A stretch of 64,000 nt of DNA from an uncultured Chloroflexia bacterium (GTDB lineage Bacteria > Chloroflexota > Limnocylindria > Limnocylindrales > CSP1-4). The notes under the pieces were generated by a model that was given only the letters and a program-made list of their open reading frames with translations, was not told the DNA's origin and did no database searches. A program made the position numbers and the translations under genes. The stretch lies in contig CAVVNQ010000003.1 in assembly GCA_963749705.1 (NCBI GenBank), positions 583,184 to 647,183 on the forward strand. The letters are read 5' to 3'. The first letter of the stretch is position 1. Every line of letters begins with the position of its first letter. Below are positions 29,164 through 39,994 of the stretch, piece after piece.

Positions 29164-30878
29164 CGGCGGCCCTCACGGGCGAGCAGGTCCTCGGCCGCCT
29201 CCGGGCCCCAGGTGCCGGCCCCGTAGTTGGGGAAGTCGGGCGCGGGCGCGTCCGCCCAGGAGCTGATGACGGGGTCCACGATCGCCCACGCCTCCTCGAC
29301 CTCGTCCGCCCGGGTGAACAGCGACGCATCGCCCAGCAGCGCGTCGAGGATGAGCGTCTCGTAGGCGTCGGGGCTGTCGGTCTGGAACGCCGAGCCATAG
29401 GTGAAGTCCATGGTCACGTTGCGGACGTCGATGCCCAGGCCGGGGACCTTGGCGCCGAACCGCAGCATGATCCCCTCGTCCGGCTGGATCCGCATCGCGA
29501 GCAGGTTCGCCTCGGGATTGGTCGCACTGTCCTTGAACAGCTGGTGCGGGACCTCCTTGAACTGGATCGCGATCTCGGTCGCCCGCTTCGGCAGCCGCTT
29601 GCCCATGCGCAGGTAGAACGGAACCCCTGACCACCGCCAGTCGTCGATCGTCAGCCGCGCCGCGATGAACGTCTCCGTCTCCGATTGGGGATCGACCTCG
29701 TCCTCCTGGCGATAGCCGACCACCGGCATCGCCGCCACCCAGCCGGGGCCGTACTGCCCGCGGACGACGTCCCGGCTGGCCTGCTCCGAGCTGAGCCCGG
29801 TGATGGCGCGCAGGACCTTGACCTTCTCGTCCCGCAGGGCGTCGGCCTCGAACGTCGCCGGCGGCTCCATCGCCACCAGCGACAGCAGCTGGAGCAGGTG
29901 GTTCTGGAGGAAGTCGCGGCTGGCGCCGGTCTCCTCGTAGAACGCGGCGCGACCCTCGATGCCGATCAATTCGGCGACCGTGATCTGCACGTGGTCGATG
30001 TGCCGGCGGTTCCAGATCGGCTCGAAGATGCCGTTGCCGAAGCGGAACACCAGCAGGTTGCGGACGGTCTCCTTGCCCAGGTAGTGGTCGATGCGGTAGA
30101 CCTGCCGCTCGCGGAAGACCTTGCCCACCTCCCGGTTGAGGCGGATCGCCGACTCGAGGTCTCGCCCGAACGGCTTCTCGATGACGACCCGTCGCCAGCC
30201 ACCGTCGTGGCGCTCGTGATCCAGCCCCACCCGTCCGAGCTGGGCCACGATCTCGGCGAACGCCGACGGCTGCGTGGCCAGGTAGTAGAGGCGGTTGCAG
30301 CGCGTGCCGCTCGTCTCGTCGAGCAGGTCGAGCCGCACGCTGAGGTCGCTGAACGCCGCCGGGTCGGCGAAGTCGCCGCGGTGGTAGACGATCCGCTGGG
30401 CGAGCTCGTCCCAGTCCTCGTCGTCGACCGGGAGCACCCGAGAGTGCCGGTCGAGCGAGGCCCGCAGCTCGTCGCGGAACGCCTCGTCGGTGTAGGGCCG
30501 GCGGCCGACGGCGACGATCATGAACTCGTGGGGCAGCAGGCCGGTGCGCCACAGCTGGTACAGCGCGGGCACGACCTTGCGATGGGCGAGATCGCCGGTC
30601 GCCCCGAACAGCACGAACGTCGCCGGATCCGGGACCCGCTCCAGGCGCAGGCCCTCGCGCAGCGGGTTGTCGACCGACTTGCCCGTCGGCGCCTTGCGGC
30701 GACCCTCGGCGGCGAGGCGCAGCTCGCGCATCGTCCGCGGGGCATCCTTCCTGGCCGGGGCGTCCTTGTTCGCGGTTGTGGCCGGGGCTCCCGTCGCGGG
30801 CGCGGTCACCGCGGCCGGCGACCCACGCTTGGGCGCCACCCCTAGGCCAGCCTTCCGGCGCTGACGACCGTTCGCCAT
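29148..30878 (-). CDS. zwf: Glucose-6-phosphate 1-dehydrogenase
   Basis: FGATGDLA, EKPFG, RIDHYLGKE, RWSGVPFYLR.GK, DAYE.L. Start uncertain because of a long N-terminal extension. Confidence 0.96.
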   Translation of the reverse strand: MANGRQRRKAGLGVAPKRGSPAAVTAPATGAPATTANKDAPARKDAPRTMRELRLAAEGRRKAPTGKSVDNPLREGLRLERVPDPATFVLFGATGDLAHRKVVPALYQLWRTGLLPHEFMIVAVGRRPYTDEAFRDELRASLDRHSRVLPVDDEDWDELAQRIVYHRGDFADPAAFSDLSVRLDLLDETSGTRCNRLYYLATQPSAFAEIVAQLGRVGLDHERHDGGWRRVVIEKPFGRDLESAIRLNREVGKVFRERQVYRIDHYLGKETVRNLLVFRFGNGIFEPIWNRRHIDHVQITVAELIGIEGRAAFYEETGASRDFLQNHLLQLLSLVAMEPPATFEADALRDEKVKVLRAITGLSSEQASRDVVRGQYGPGWVAAMPVVGYRQEDEVDPQSETETFIAARLTIDDWRWSGVPFYLRMGKRLPKRATEIAIQFKEVPHQLFKDSATNPEANLLAMRIQPDEGIMLRFGAKVPGLGIDVRNVTMDFTYGSAFQTDSPDAYETLILDALLGDASLFTRADEVEEAWAIVDPVISSWADAPAPDFPNYGAGTWGPEAAEDLLAREGRRWRRI

Positions 30879-31062
30879 CGATGGTCGAGGTCGTTTCCCA
30901 TGCGCAGGTTCTCCGTTGGGCTGTCGCGCTCGCCTCCGAGACGACCTCAAGAGCATAGGTCCCTCGGCCGGTCCGCGTCCGGAACGGCCATGACCGCGCC
31001 GGTCACGGCGCATCGCCGGGACGCGGCAGCCGGTGCCGGCGACCGTCCGCGCGTCCGCCCGA

Positions 31063-31542
31063 TCAGGCCGCCGGCGGTCCGCCCATCGACTCGGCCTCGA
31101 TCGCGAGGACCTTGCCCAGCCGGCGCCGGTGGCGCGGCTCGCCCGAGAACCGGGCCGCCAGGAACGCCAACGAGCACTCGACCGCCGGCTCGATGCCGAT
31201 CACGCGGGCGCCCATGGTGAGCACGTTCATGTCGTCGTGCTCCACGCCCTGGTGGGCCGAGTACGTGTCGTGGCAGATCGCGGCCCGGACACCCCGGATC
31301 TTGTTGGCCGCGATCGAGGCGCCGACCCCGGAGCCACACACGAGGATCCCCCGGTCGGCTCGCCCGTCCCGGACCGCGAGGCCCAGCGCCTGCGAGAAGT
31401 CGGGATAGTCGTCCTCGGGGTCGGATCCGTCGCCGCCCAGGTCGATCAGCTCGTGCTCGTCGCCCACGATGGCGGCCAGCTTCGCGATGAGGTCCCGCTT
31501 GAAGGTGACGCCCGCGTGATCCGCGGCGACCGCGACTCGCAT
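31063..31542 (-). CDS. rpiB: Ribose-5-phosphate isomerase B
   Basis: ADHAG, DYPD, CGSGVG.SIAANK..GVRAA, HDDMNVL. Confidence 0.95.
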   Translation of the reverse strand: MRVAVAADHAGVTFKRDLIAKLAAIVGDEHELIDLGGDGSDPEDDYPDFSQALGLAVRDGRADRGILVCGSGVGASIAANKIRGVRAAICHDTYSAHQGVEHDDMNVLTMGARVIGIEPAVECSLAFLAARFSGEPRHRRRLGKVLAIEAESMGGPPAA

Positions 31543-31552
31543 CGTGGACCCC

Positions 31553-33637
31553 TCAGTGCTCGGCGGGATGCGGGGAGTGGAGCGTCGGGAGGCGGCCGCG
31601 GAGACCGTCCCGGACCACGGCGCGACCGGCCTCGGCGACCCGCTCGGCCGTGAAGCCGAACTCCCGGAAGATGGTGCCGGCCGGCGCGCTCGCGCCGAAG
31701 TGGTCGATCCCGATGATCGCGCCTTCGTCGCCGGCCCAGCGTTCCCAGCCCAGCGAGACGCCCGCCTCGACCGTGACGCGCCTGCGGACCGCGGGTGGCA
31801 GGACCTCGTCGCGGTAGGCCGCGTCCTGTGCCTCGAAGCGCTCCCAGCAGGGCAGGCTCACCACGCGACTCGGGATGCCGTCCGCCTCGAGCGCCTCCGC
31901 GGCGTGGAAGGCGAGCTGGAGCTCCGAGCCGGTCGCGATCAGGATCAGCTGCGGCGTGCCGCCCGCTGCCTCGCGGAGCACGTAACCGCCGCGGCGGACG
32001 CCCTCGCGAGCGAGCTCGCTCGTTCCGGGAAGCGTCGGCAGCTTCTGGCGGGTCAGCGCCAGCGCCACCGGCCCGCTGCCCGCGCCCTCGATCCATGGGC
32101 GCTCCACCGCCAGCGCCCACGCCGCCGCGGCCTCGTTGGCATCGCCGGGACGGACGAACCACAGGTTGGGGATCGCCCGCAGCGCGGCATAGTGCTCGAC
32201 CGGCTGGTGTGTCGGGCCGTCCTCGCCCAGGCCCACCGAGTCGTGGGTCCAGACATACACCAGGTGCAGGCTCGACAGCGCGGCGAGCCGGACGGCGCCG
32301 CGCATGTAGTCGCTGAACGTCAGGAACGTCGCGCCATACGGGAGGAAGCCGCCGTGACAGGCGATCCCGTTGACGATCCCGCCCATGGCGTGCTCGCGGA
32401 CGCCGAAGCGCAGGTTCCGGCCGGCATGATCCGCCTCGAAGTGGTCGGGACCCAGGGCCTTGACGTCGGTCAGGTTGGACTCGGACAGGTCCGCGGACCC
32501 GCCGAACAGCTCGGGCAAGGCGCCCGCCAGCGTCTGGATCACGTCCTGGCTGGCGTTGCGGGTCGCGACCTCGGAGCCCGTCTCGTACACGTTGAGCGCG
32601 GCGTCCCAGCCGGCCGCCAGGCCTGCGCCGGTCATCCGGCGACGGAGCTCCGCGGCGGCCTCCGGGAAGGCATCGCGATAGGCGTAGAACCGCGAATCCC
32701 ACTCGCTGACGAGCGTCTCGCCGGTCCCGACCGCCGCTCGAAACCGCGCCCGGGCCTCGTCGGGGACGTAGAACGTCTTGTCCGGGTCCCAGCCGTAGGC
32801 CTCCTTCGTGAGCCGGACCTCGTCCGGACCCAGCGGTGACCCATGCGCCTTCTGTGTGTCCTGCTTGTTCGGGCTGCCGAACCCGATATGCGTCCGGACC
32901 GCGATCATCGATGGCCGGTCGTCCGCCTTGGCGGCCTCGATGGCGGCATTGATCGCGGCGAGGTCGTTGCCATCCTCGACGCGCTGGGTGTGCCAGCCGT
33001 ATGCGTCGTACCGCGCCAGCACGTCCTCCGAGAACGCCCACGCGGTCGGTCCGTCGAGCTGGACCCGGTTGTCGTCGTACAGGACGATCAGCTTGCCCAG
33101 CCGCAGGTGCCCGGCCAGCGAGCTTGCCTCGGCCGTGATGCCTTCCTGGAGGTCGCCGTCGGAGCAGATGACGTAGGTCCGATGATCGATGATCTCGTGG
33201 CCGTCGCGATTGAACTCCGCGGCGAGCCGCCGCTCCGCGATCGCCATGCCGACGGCGTTGACCAGCCCCTGGCCCAGTGGGCCCGTGGTCGCCTCGACGC
33301 CCGGGGTCAGACCGAGCTCCGGGTGGCCCGGGGTGATCGAGCCCCATTGCCGGAACGCCTTGAGGTCGTCGAGCGAGACGTCGTAGCCGGTGAGGTGGAG
33401 GAGCGAGTACAGCAGCATCGAGGCGTGGCCCGCGGACAGCACGAAGCGGTCCCGGTTCGGCCACTTGGGGTTGCTCGGCGCATGCCGCAGGTGGCGCGTC
33501 CAGAGCACGTAGGCCATCGGCGCCGCCCCCATGGGGGCGCCGGGATGCCCGGAGTTGGCCTTCTGGACCCCGTCGATGGACAGCGTGCGGATGGTGTTGA
33601 CGGCGAGCAGGTCGAGGCGGTCCGTGTCGATGGTCAT
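31553..33637 (-). CDS. tkt: Transketolase
   Basis: [61 protein letters not shown]. Confidence 0.97.
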   Translation of the reverse strand: MTIDTDRLDLLAVNTIRTLSIDGVQKANSGHPGAPMGAAPMAYVLWTRHLRHAPSNPKWPNRDRFVLSAGHASMLLYSLLHLTGYDVSLDDLKAFRQWGSITPGHPELGLTPGVEATTGPLGQGLVNAVGMAIAERRLAAEFNRDGHEIIDHRTYVICSDGDLQEGITAEASSLAGHLRLGKLIVLYDDNRVQLDGPTAWAFSEDVLARYDAYGWHTQRVEDGNDLAAINAAIEAAKADDRPSMIAVRTHIGFGSPNKQDTQKAHGSPLGPDEVRLTKEAYGWDPDKTFYVPDEARARFRAAVGTGETLVSEWDSRFYAYRDAFPEAAAELRRRMTGAGLAAGWDAALNVYETGSEVATRNASQDVIQTLAGALPELFGGSADLSESNLTDVKALGPDHFEADHAGRNLRFGVREHAMGGIVNGIACHGGFLPYGATFLTFSDYMRGAVRLAALSSLHLVYVWTHDSVGLGEDGPTHQPVEHYAALRAIPNLWFVRPGDANEAAAAWALAVERPWIEGAGSGPVALALTRQKLPTLPGTSELAREGVRRGGYVLREAAGGTPQLILIATGSELQLAFHAAEALEADGIPSRVVSLPCWERFEAQDAAYRDEVLPPAVRRRVTVEAGVSLGWERWAGDEGAIIGIDHFGASAPAGTIFREFGFTAERVAEAGRAVVRDGLRGRLPTLHSPHPAEH

Positions 33638-33773
33638 CGATGCCTCCGGTGCACGATCGCGGGATCGGTCCGGCGTGGGGGCGCCGGGCGATCGGACCGG
33701 CGCGACGGATCGGGCCGCGGGCCGCAATCGTACCGCGTGCCTCGCCGATGCCCGGCGGCGCTATCCTCGGCAG

Positions 33774-34769
33774 ATGCCCGAGCTCCCCGATCCGCGACGC
33801 CTTCCCGGACGCGGCAGCCGACGCGCCGCGCATCGACGGCTTGCCGCCGGCGGCGTGCGTGTCGTCGTGCTCGGTGACCTCGTCCTGGACGTGGTGCTCG
33901 CGCCCGCGCGCGAGCTCGAACGGGGCACGGACGTTCCGGGTCTGGCACTGCTGCGACAGGGCGGCTCGGCAGCGTCGACGGCCCGCTGGCTGGGACGGCT
34001 GGGTGCACGCACCACGTTCATCACGGCCGTCGGTCGCGACGGCCCGGGCCGGGCGCTCGTGGCCGCGGTCGAGGCGGACGGCGTCATCGTCCGCGCGGTT
34101 CGGGTGGCCGGTGCCCGGACGGGACGCGTCGGCGTGCTGGTCGAGCCGGGCGGAGAGCGGTCGTTCGTCGCCGATCGGGGCGCCGCGGATCGGTTGCGCC
34201 CGGACGACCTGCGGCCCGGCTGGTTCCGTGGCGCCGACGCGCTCCACATGCCCGCCTACTCGCTGATCGGCTCACCGCTGGGTGATGCGGGCCAGGCGGC
34301 CGCCCGGCTGGCCCGGGCGGCGGGGGCTGCGGTCACGATCGACCTGGCGTCCGTCGGTCCGCTGCTCTCGGTGGGTCGCCGCGCCGCGCTCCAGCTGCTG
34401 CGCGATGCCGCGCCGGACCTGCTGTTCGCGACGGTCGAGGAGGCGGAGGCGCTGATCGGTGCACGCCGGACCGACGGCCTGCTCGATCTCGCCCCGATCG
34501 CGATCGTCAAGCGCGGCCGGATGGGTGCGACCGTGCTCACCCGCATCGGAGATGAGCGGCTCAAGTTCGAGGTCGTCACGATGCCGATCGCGACGACCAA
34601 TTCGACCGGCGCGGGCGACGCATTCGACGCGGGCTTCCTCAACGCGTGGCTCGAGGCGCGCCGTCGGTCCGCCGCGCAGACGCCGGCGTTGCAGCGGGCG
34701 GCGCTGGCGGGCAACCGGCTGGCACGCCGGCACCTGTCGAACCCGCCGGGCGAGCTGTCGCTGGGCTGA
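33774..34769 (+). CDS. PfkB family carbohydrate/nucleoside kinase
   Basis: GGSAA, VGRD..G, ERSF, NSTGAGDAFDAGF. Confidence 0.9.
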   Translation: MPELPDPRRLPGRGSRRAAHRRLAAGGVRVVVLGDLVLDVVLAPARELERGTDVPGLALLRQGGSAASTARWLGRLGARTTFITAVGRDGPGRALVAAVEADGVIVRAVRVAGARTGRVGVLVEPGGERSFVADRGAADRLRPDDLRPGWFRGADALHMPAYSLIGSPLGDAGQAAARLARAAGAAVTIDLASVGPLLSVGRRAALQLLRDAAPDLLFATVEEAEALIGARRTDGLLDLAPIAIVKRGRMGATVLTRIGDERLKFEVVTMPIATTNSTGAGDAFDAGFLNAWLEARRRSAAQTPALQRAALAGNRLARRHLSNPPGELSLG

Positions 34770-34791
34770 GGATCCGGACGGACGGGTGGGG

Positions 34792-36897
34792 TCAGCCGCC
34801 CGCGCCGGCCTCGCTCGCGGCGGCATCGCCGGCCGCGCTCGCGGACCCGACGCCGATGAACCGGTCGAACCAGTCGAGCATCCGGGTCATGCGATCGATG
34901 CGGCGATCCGGCCGGCCGGACGCCTGGTACACGTGGAACTCCTCGGGGTACAGGACGTACTCGACCTCCCGACCCAGCCACCGCAGCGCGACGAAGTACT
35001 GCTCGTTGTCCGCGGGCGGGCAACGGCGATCGGCCTCGGCCTGGAGCATCAGCAGCGGCGTGTGCACGTTGGCCACATGGCGCAGCGGTGACTGGCGCCA
35101 CAGCTGCTCGACGCCGTCGGGGGTGGTCGCGTCGCCCATGCGTGCGGTCCGGCAGTACTCGGGACCCTCGTCGCTGTGGGCCCAGGCGGAGACCTGGTTG
35201 GTGACCCCGTTCTCGGACACCGCAGCGCGGAAGCGGTCGGTCGTGCCGACCAGCCAGTTGACCATGAACCCGCCGTACGAGAGCCCGAGGGCCCCCAGGC
35301 GTTCCGGATCCGCGAGGCCGATGGCGATGGCGTGGTCGAGGGCTGCGTGCACGTCGGCGGCGTCGACGCCGCCCCAGTCGCCCAGCTGCGGCCGGATCCA
35401 GTCCCGCCCGTACGTCGCCGAACCTCGGATGTTGGGGAGGACGACGCGGTAGCCCCGGGCGCACAGCAGCACGACCTCGATCGAGGGCGCCGGCGCCCAG
35501 GCGCCGAGCGGTCCGCCATGGACGTCGACGATCGTCGGCAGGGGCGTGTCTTCGGCGCCCGCCGGCGAGGCGATCCAGGTCTCGATCGGCCCACCGGGGC
35601 CGGGCGCGAGGACGCGTCGCATGTCGGGCCAGGCGAGCCGGTTCGTCCAGGCCGACCCGAGCGTGGTCAGGCGTCGCAGGGCGCCGTCCGGCTGGACCTC
35701 GTACAGCTCCGGGGGTCGCGTCCCGTGCGTCGCGGTGACGGTGATCGTGCCGCCGGCGACGGCGAGGCTGACGGCGACGGCGTCCCCGTCGGCCAGTCGA
35801 ACCGGGTCGCCCCCCGACCGGCCGGTCGCGGGATCAACCGGGAAGCGCCACGGATGCGAGCGGGCACGATCGGAGACCAGGACCACGATCGCCGACTCGC
35901 CGACCCAGGTGGGTCCCGGCCGTGACGCCGCCTGCCAGCCGGTGAGATCGGTGTCGATCCAGCAGCCGACGGGACGGTCGAGATCCGGTGCGAGCGGGAC
36001 CGCCGGGGCGGTACCGTCGACCGGGCCGACGTAGAGCGTGGGGGAGATGTCGTCGAACCCGTCGGGGTCGTCAACACCGACGCCGGCGATGAGGCGGCCG
36101 CTCGGCGAGTAGGCCGGAGCCCGGACGGGCCCCTGGAGCGACATCAGCTCACGCGCCTCGACGGTGCCACCGCGGCGGCGACCATCGAACGGGACCTCCC
36201 AGATTGACGTTCTGGCGTGGCGATCGGCGTCCGGCCTGGGATCCGCCGTGAACGCGAGCGCGCCGCCGTCCGGGCGCCAGGTGATGCCGGACACGCCGCC
36301 CTCGACGTCCGTGAGCTGCCTGGCTCGCCCTCCGCCCGCCGCGCCCACCACGTGGAGCTGGCTCCGGCGATCGAGATAGCCCATCTCGTCGTAGCGCCAG
36401 TCGAGGCGGGTCACGTGGCGGGCGAGCGGCTTCTGCCCGTCCGCGGTCGGCCCCACGATCAGGCGCTGGGGGCCGGCTTCCGAGGTGAATGCGATCCACC
36501 GCCCGTCCGGTGACCACGCGATCTCGCCCACCCCGAGCCCGGTCGTCCGTTGATCGGCCTCGCCGCCGTCGATCGCGAGCACGAACAGCGCCGCATCATC
36601 GTCGCCGGGCGCGCATCGGGTGAACGCCACCCGCGTCCCGTCGGGCGAGATCGCCGGTCGCATGTCCCTGGCCGTGCCGCGGGTGAGCTGGCGGGACGCC
36701 GGCACCGCGCCGCGATCGCGGGCGGCAGCGACGGGCACGAGATACAGGTTGGAGGCGTACGCATTGCCACGCGCGAACCGGCGGCTGACGATCGCGAACG
36801 ACCCGTCCGGGGCGAGATCGTGCTCCTCGAGCACGACCTGCCGGTGGACGATGTCGGGACCGGGGGCAGTGGGCGGGCGGCGATCGGGTTCGGGCAT
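34792..36897 (-). CDS. S9 family (acylaminoacyl/dipeptidyl) peptidase with beta-propeller
   Basis: SPDG repeats, VHGGP, NIRGSATYG, GLSYGG, D.RCP, EFH. Confidence 0.92.
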   Translation of the reverse strand: MPEPDRRPPTAPGPDIVHRQVVLEEHDLAPDGSFAIVSRRFARGNAYASNLYLVPVAAARDRGAVPASRQLTRGTARDMRPAISPDGTRVAFTRCAPGDDDAALFVLAIDGGEADQRTTGLGVGEIAWSPDGRWIAFTSEAGPQRLIVGPTADGQKPLARHVTRLDWRYDEMGYLDRRSQLHVVGAAGGGRARQLTDVEGGVSGITWRPDGGALAFTADPRPDADRHARTSIWEVPFDGRRRGGTVEARELMSLQGPVRAPAYSPSGRLIAGVGVDDPDGFDDISPTLYVGPVDGTAPAVPLAPDLDRPVGCWIDTDLTGWQAASRPGPTWVGESAIVVLVSDRARSHPWRFPVDPATGRSGGDPVRLADGDAVAVSLAVAGGTITVTATHGTRPPELYEVQPDGALRRLTTLGSAWTNRLAWPDMRRVLAPGPGGPIETWIASPAGAEDTPLPTIVDVHGGPLGAWAPAPSIEVVLLCARGYRVVLPNIRGSATYGRDWIRPQLGDWGGVDAADVHAALDHAIAIGLADPERLGALGLSYGGFMVNWLVGTTDRFRAAVSENGVTNQVSAWAHSDEGPEYCRTARMGDATTPDGVEQLWRQSPLRHVANVHTPLLMLQAEADRRCPPADNEQYFVALRWLGREVEYVLYPEEFHVYQASGRPDRRIDRMTRMLDWFDRFIGVGSASAAGDAAASEAGAGG

Positions 36898-37023
36898 GAC
36901 CTGAGCCTAGACCCGGCGGCGGCCGTCCGCGTGCCGGATCCGCGCCACGGTTCGCCTGTCGCAGACCGGCCGGGCATCCGTTGCGGATCCTCGTGCGTCC
37001 GCCCACGGGGTACGATCCGGGCG

Positions 37024-39882
37024 ATGTACGGCGTCCCGTCTCCCCAGCTCCCAGCCACGACGCCTCTCGCCCCGGCCCCCGTCGGCGGCGCCACGCTGTC
37101 GACGTTCCTGTTCACCGACATCGAGGGCAGCACCCGCCTGTGGGAGACCCACGCCGCGGTGATGGGCTCCGCGCTCGCCCAGCACGACCGGATCCTGCGC
37201 TCGAGCATCGAGGCGCGCGACGGCACCGTGATCAAGACCACCGGCGACGGGATCCTCGCGGTGTTCGGCGGCCCGGTCGCGGCCCTCGACGCCGCGCTTG
37301 CCGCACAGCGGGGGCTGCGCGACGCGACGTGGGGGGAGACAGGTCCGCTTCGGGTTCGCATGGCGCTCCATTCCGGCACCGCCGAGTCGCGCGACGGCGA
37401 CTACTTCGGGCCTGCGCTCAACCGGGTCGCGCGGATCCTCGCGATCGCCCACGGCGGCCAGGTGATCTGCTCCTCCGTGGCCGCCGTCCTGGCCCGCGAG
37501 GAGCTGCCCGCGTCGATTGACCTCGTGGACCTCGGCTCGCATCGATTGCGCGACATCGACCGGCCGGAGCAGGTGTACCAGGTCGTGGTCGATGACCTGC
37601 CGCGGACCTTCCCGCCGTTGCGTTCGCTGAGCACCAGGCGCTCCAACCTGCCCGTCCAGCTGACCAGCTTCATCGGCCGTGAGAAGCAGCTCGACGAGGT
37701 CGTGTCGCTGATCGCGCGGCACCGGCTGCTCACCCTGATCGGGACCGGCGGAACGGGCAAGACGCGGCTGATGCTCGAGGCCGCCGGGCGGCTCCTCGAC
37801 CAGTACCCGGACGGCGTCTGGCTGGCGGAGCTGGCGCCGCTGAGCGATCCCTCGCAGATCGCGTCCGAGGTCGCCCGCGCGCTCGGCGCGCCGGAGGTGC
37901 CCGGCGTGCCCGCAGGCGCGACCGTCGCGGCGTTCCTCGCCGACAAGGAGCTGCTGCTGCTGCTCGATAACGCGGAGCACCTGGTCGACGGCGTTGCCCG
38001 GTTCGCGGACACGATGCTGGCCGGAGCCCCGGGCCTGCGCGTCCTGGCCACCAGTCGCGAGGCGCTCGCGGTGCCGGGTGAGGCCGTGCTCCAGCTCCAG
38101 TCGCTGTCCTGCCCCACCGTGGCGGGCGCGGTGCCCGGCGCGGGCATCGACCCGGGCGATGTCGCGGCCGCATCGTCCACCGAGGCCGTCCGGCTGTTCA
38201 CCGAGCGCGCGGCCAGCGCCGACCCCTCGTTCGTGCTCGGCACCGACAACGTCTCGTCGGTCGCGGAGATCTGTCGCCGCCTCGACGGCATCCCGCTCGC
38301 GATCGAGCTGGCCGCGGCCCGGGTGTCGGCGATGTCGCCCGAGGACATCGCGCTCCGGCTCGGTGACCGGTTCCGGCTGCTGGCCGGCGGTCGCCGGACG
38401 GCCGTTCCGCGTCAGCAGACGCTCCACGCCCTGATCGACTGGAGCTGGGACCTGCTCACGGAGGAGGACCGTCAGCTGCTGCGGCGGCTGTCCGTGTTCA
38501 CGGGCGGGTGGACCGTGCCCATGGCCGCGCAGATCGTCGGCGACGGCGAGCGTCCCCTCGATCCGGTCGATCTCGCCGACGGTCTGACGCGGCTCGTCGA
38601 TCGCTCGCTGGTGCTGGCGGAGCGGGGCACCACGACGCGCTACCGGATGCTCGAGACGATCCGCCAGTACGCCCGGGAGAAGCTGATCGAATCGGGCGAG
38701 GCGTCGGCCGTGGCCGATCGTCACCTCGCGGTGTATGCGGCGCTTGCCGCCGAGGCCGAAGACCCGCTCCGGGGTCCGGCGATGGTGGACTGGCTGGACC
38801 GACTCGACGACGAGCTCGACAACCTCGGCGCCGCGCTCGAGTGGGGTCTCGAGGCCGCACCCTGGACGGCTGTCCGGATGGCGACCGCGATGCTCGGCTA
38901 CTGGGCGACGCGCGTGATCTCGGAGGACAACGACGCGCGTCTGGTAGCGGCGATCGAGATCGCCCGGGCCCGGGTCGCCGGCCGGCCGGACGCGGACCCT
39001 GCCGACCAGGCGCTGGCCGCCAGGCTGCTGGGCGAGGCCGCGCGGCTGTGGGCGATGTCCGGTCACGGGCTGACCGCGATCCCGTGGGCCGAGGAGGCCG
39101 TCACCCTTGCCGAGGCGTCCGGGGACCCTACCGCGCGGCTGTACGCGATCGGCGGCCTCGCGGTGGCCACGGTGTTCACCGGTCGGGCAGGGCCGGACGG
39201 CATCAACGTGCGCCAGCTGTTCGAGGAGGCAGCCGACCTCGCCGACGAGATCGGCAAATCATGGCTGGTGGCAATGGCCGCGGCCTTCGCGGGTGCCAGC
39301 CTGGGCTCGTTCGATCCCGAGGTCGGGGCGGCGATGCTCGCGCGCGGCATCGCGGCTGCCCGCAAATCCGGCAGCCCGTACGCGATCGGCGCGGCATCCA
39401 TGGCGCAGGGCCGTGCGCTCGGGCGCGAGGGACGAACGGATGAGGCGATCGTTGCCTTCGGGACCGCGATCGAGCGGTTCATGGAGCTGGGTGACGAACG
39501 CTTCGTGCTTGCGTGCCGGAGCGATCTCGCTCACGCCCTTCGGCGCGGTGGGCGCCTCGACGAGGCCCTCGCGATGTACCGCGAGACCATCGGCGGCTGG
39601 GTCCACCTGGGCCACAAGGGCGCGATCGCCAACCAACTGGAGAACATCGCCTACGTCATGGTGGAACGAGGCGACGCGACGCGCGCGGCACGACTCCTGG
39701 GCGCCGCGGACGGGCTACGAGAATCGTCGCACGCACGGCTTGCCTTCGACGAGGAGCCGGAGTTCGATGGGTTCGTCGAGCGGGCGCAGGCTGCCCTGAG
39801 CCGGACGGCGTTCGAGGTTGCCTGGGCCGAGGGCCGGGCATTGTCCCAGTCCGAGGCCGTCGCGCTCGCGCGCGAGGGCTGA
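37024..39882 (+). CDS. Class III adenylate/guanylate cyclase domain + STAND ATPase + TPR-like region
   Basis: FTDIEGST, KTTGDG, DYFGPALNR.ARI, NLP..LTSFIGR, GTGGTGKTRL, LDNAEH, ICRRLDGIPLAIELAAAR, YRMLETIRQYA. Confidence 0.92.
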   Translation: MYGVPSPQLPATTPLAPAPVGGATLSTFLFTDIEGSTRLWETHAAVMGSALAQHDRILRSSIEARDGTVIKTTGDGILAVFGGPVAALDAALAAQRGLRDATWGETGPLRVRMALHSGTAESRDGDYFGPALNRVARILAIAHGGQVICSSVAAVLAREELPASIDLVDLGSHRLRDIDRPEQVYQVVVDDLPRTFPPLRSLSTRRSNLPVQLTSFIGREKQLDEVVSLIARHRLLTLIGTGGTGKTRLMLEAAGRLLDQYPDGVWLAELAPLSDPSQIASEVARALGAPEVPGVPAGATVAAFLADKELLLLLDNAEHLVDGVARFADTMLAGAPGLRVLATSREALAVPGEAVLQLQSLSCPTVAGAVPGAGIDPGDVAAASSTEAVRLFTERAASADPSFVLGTDNVSSVAEICRRLDGIPLAIELAAARVSAMSPEDIALRLGDRFRLLAGGRRTAVPRQQTLHALIDWSWDLLTEEDRQLLRRLSVFTGGWTVPMAAQIVGDGERPLDPVDLADGLTRLVDRSLVLAERGTTTRYRMLETIRQYAREKLIESGEASAVADRHLAVYAALAAEAEDPLRGPAMVDWLDRLDDELDNLGAALEWGLEAAPWTAVRMATAMLGYWATRVISEDNDARLVAAIEIARARVAGRPDADPADQALAARLLGEAARLWAMSGHGLTAIPWAEEAVTLAEASGDPTARLYAIGGLAVATVFTGRAGPDGINVRQLFEEAADLADEIGKSWLVAMAAAFAGASLGSFDPEVGAAMLARGIAAARKSGSPYAIGAASMAQGRALGREGRTDEAIVAFGTAIERFMELGDERFVLACRSDLAHALRRGGRLDEALAMYRETIGGWVHLGHKGAIANQLENIAYVMVERGDATRAARLLGAADGLRESSHARLAFDEEPEFDGFVERAQAALSRTAFEVAWAEGRALSQSEAVALAREG

Positions 39883-39994
39883 ACGCGGCCCGAGCGTCAC
39901 GGCCCGCGCTCCGGTACCTTCGAGCCCGCCGCGATCGGGGGCTGGCGAACGCGGGGCGGTGCGCCCGCCGGTTCGCCCGGGGTACCCTCGATCA

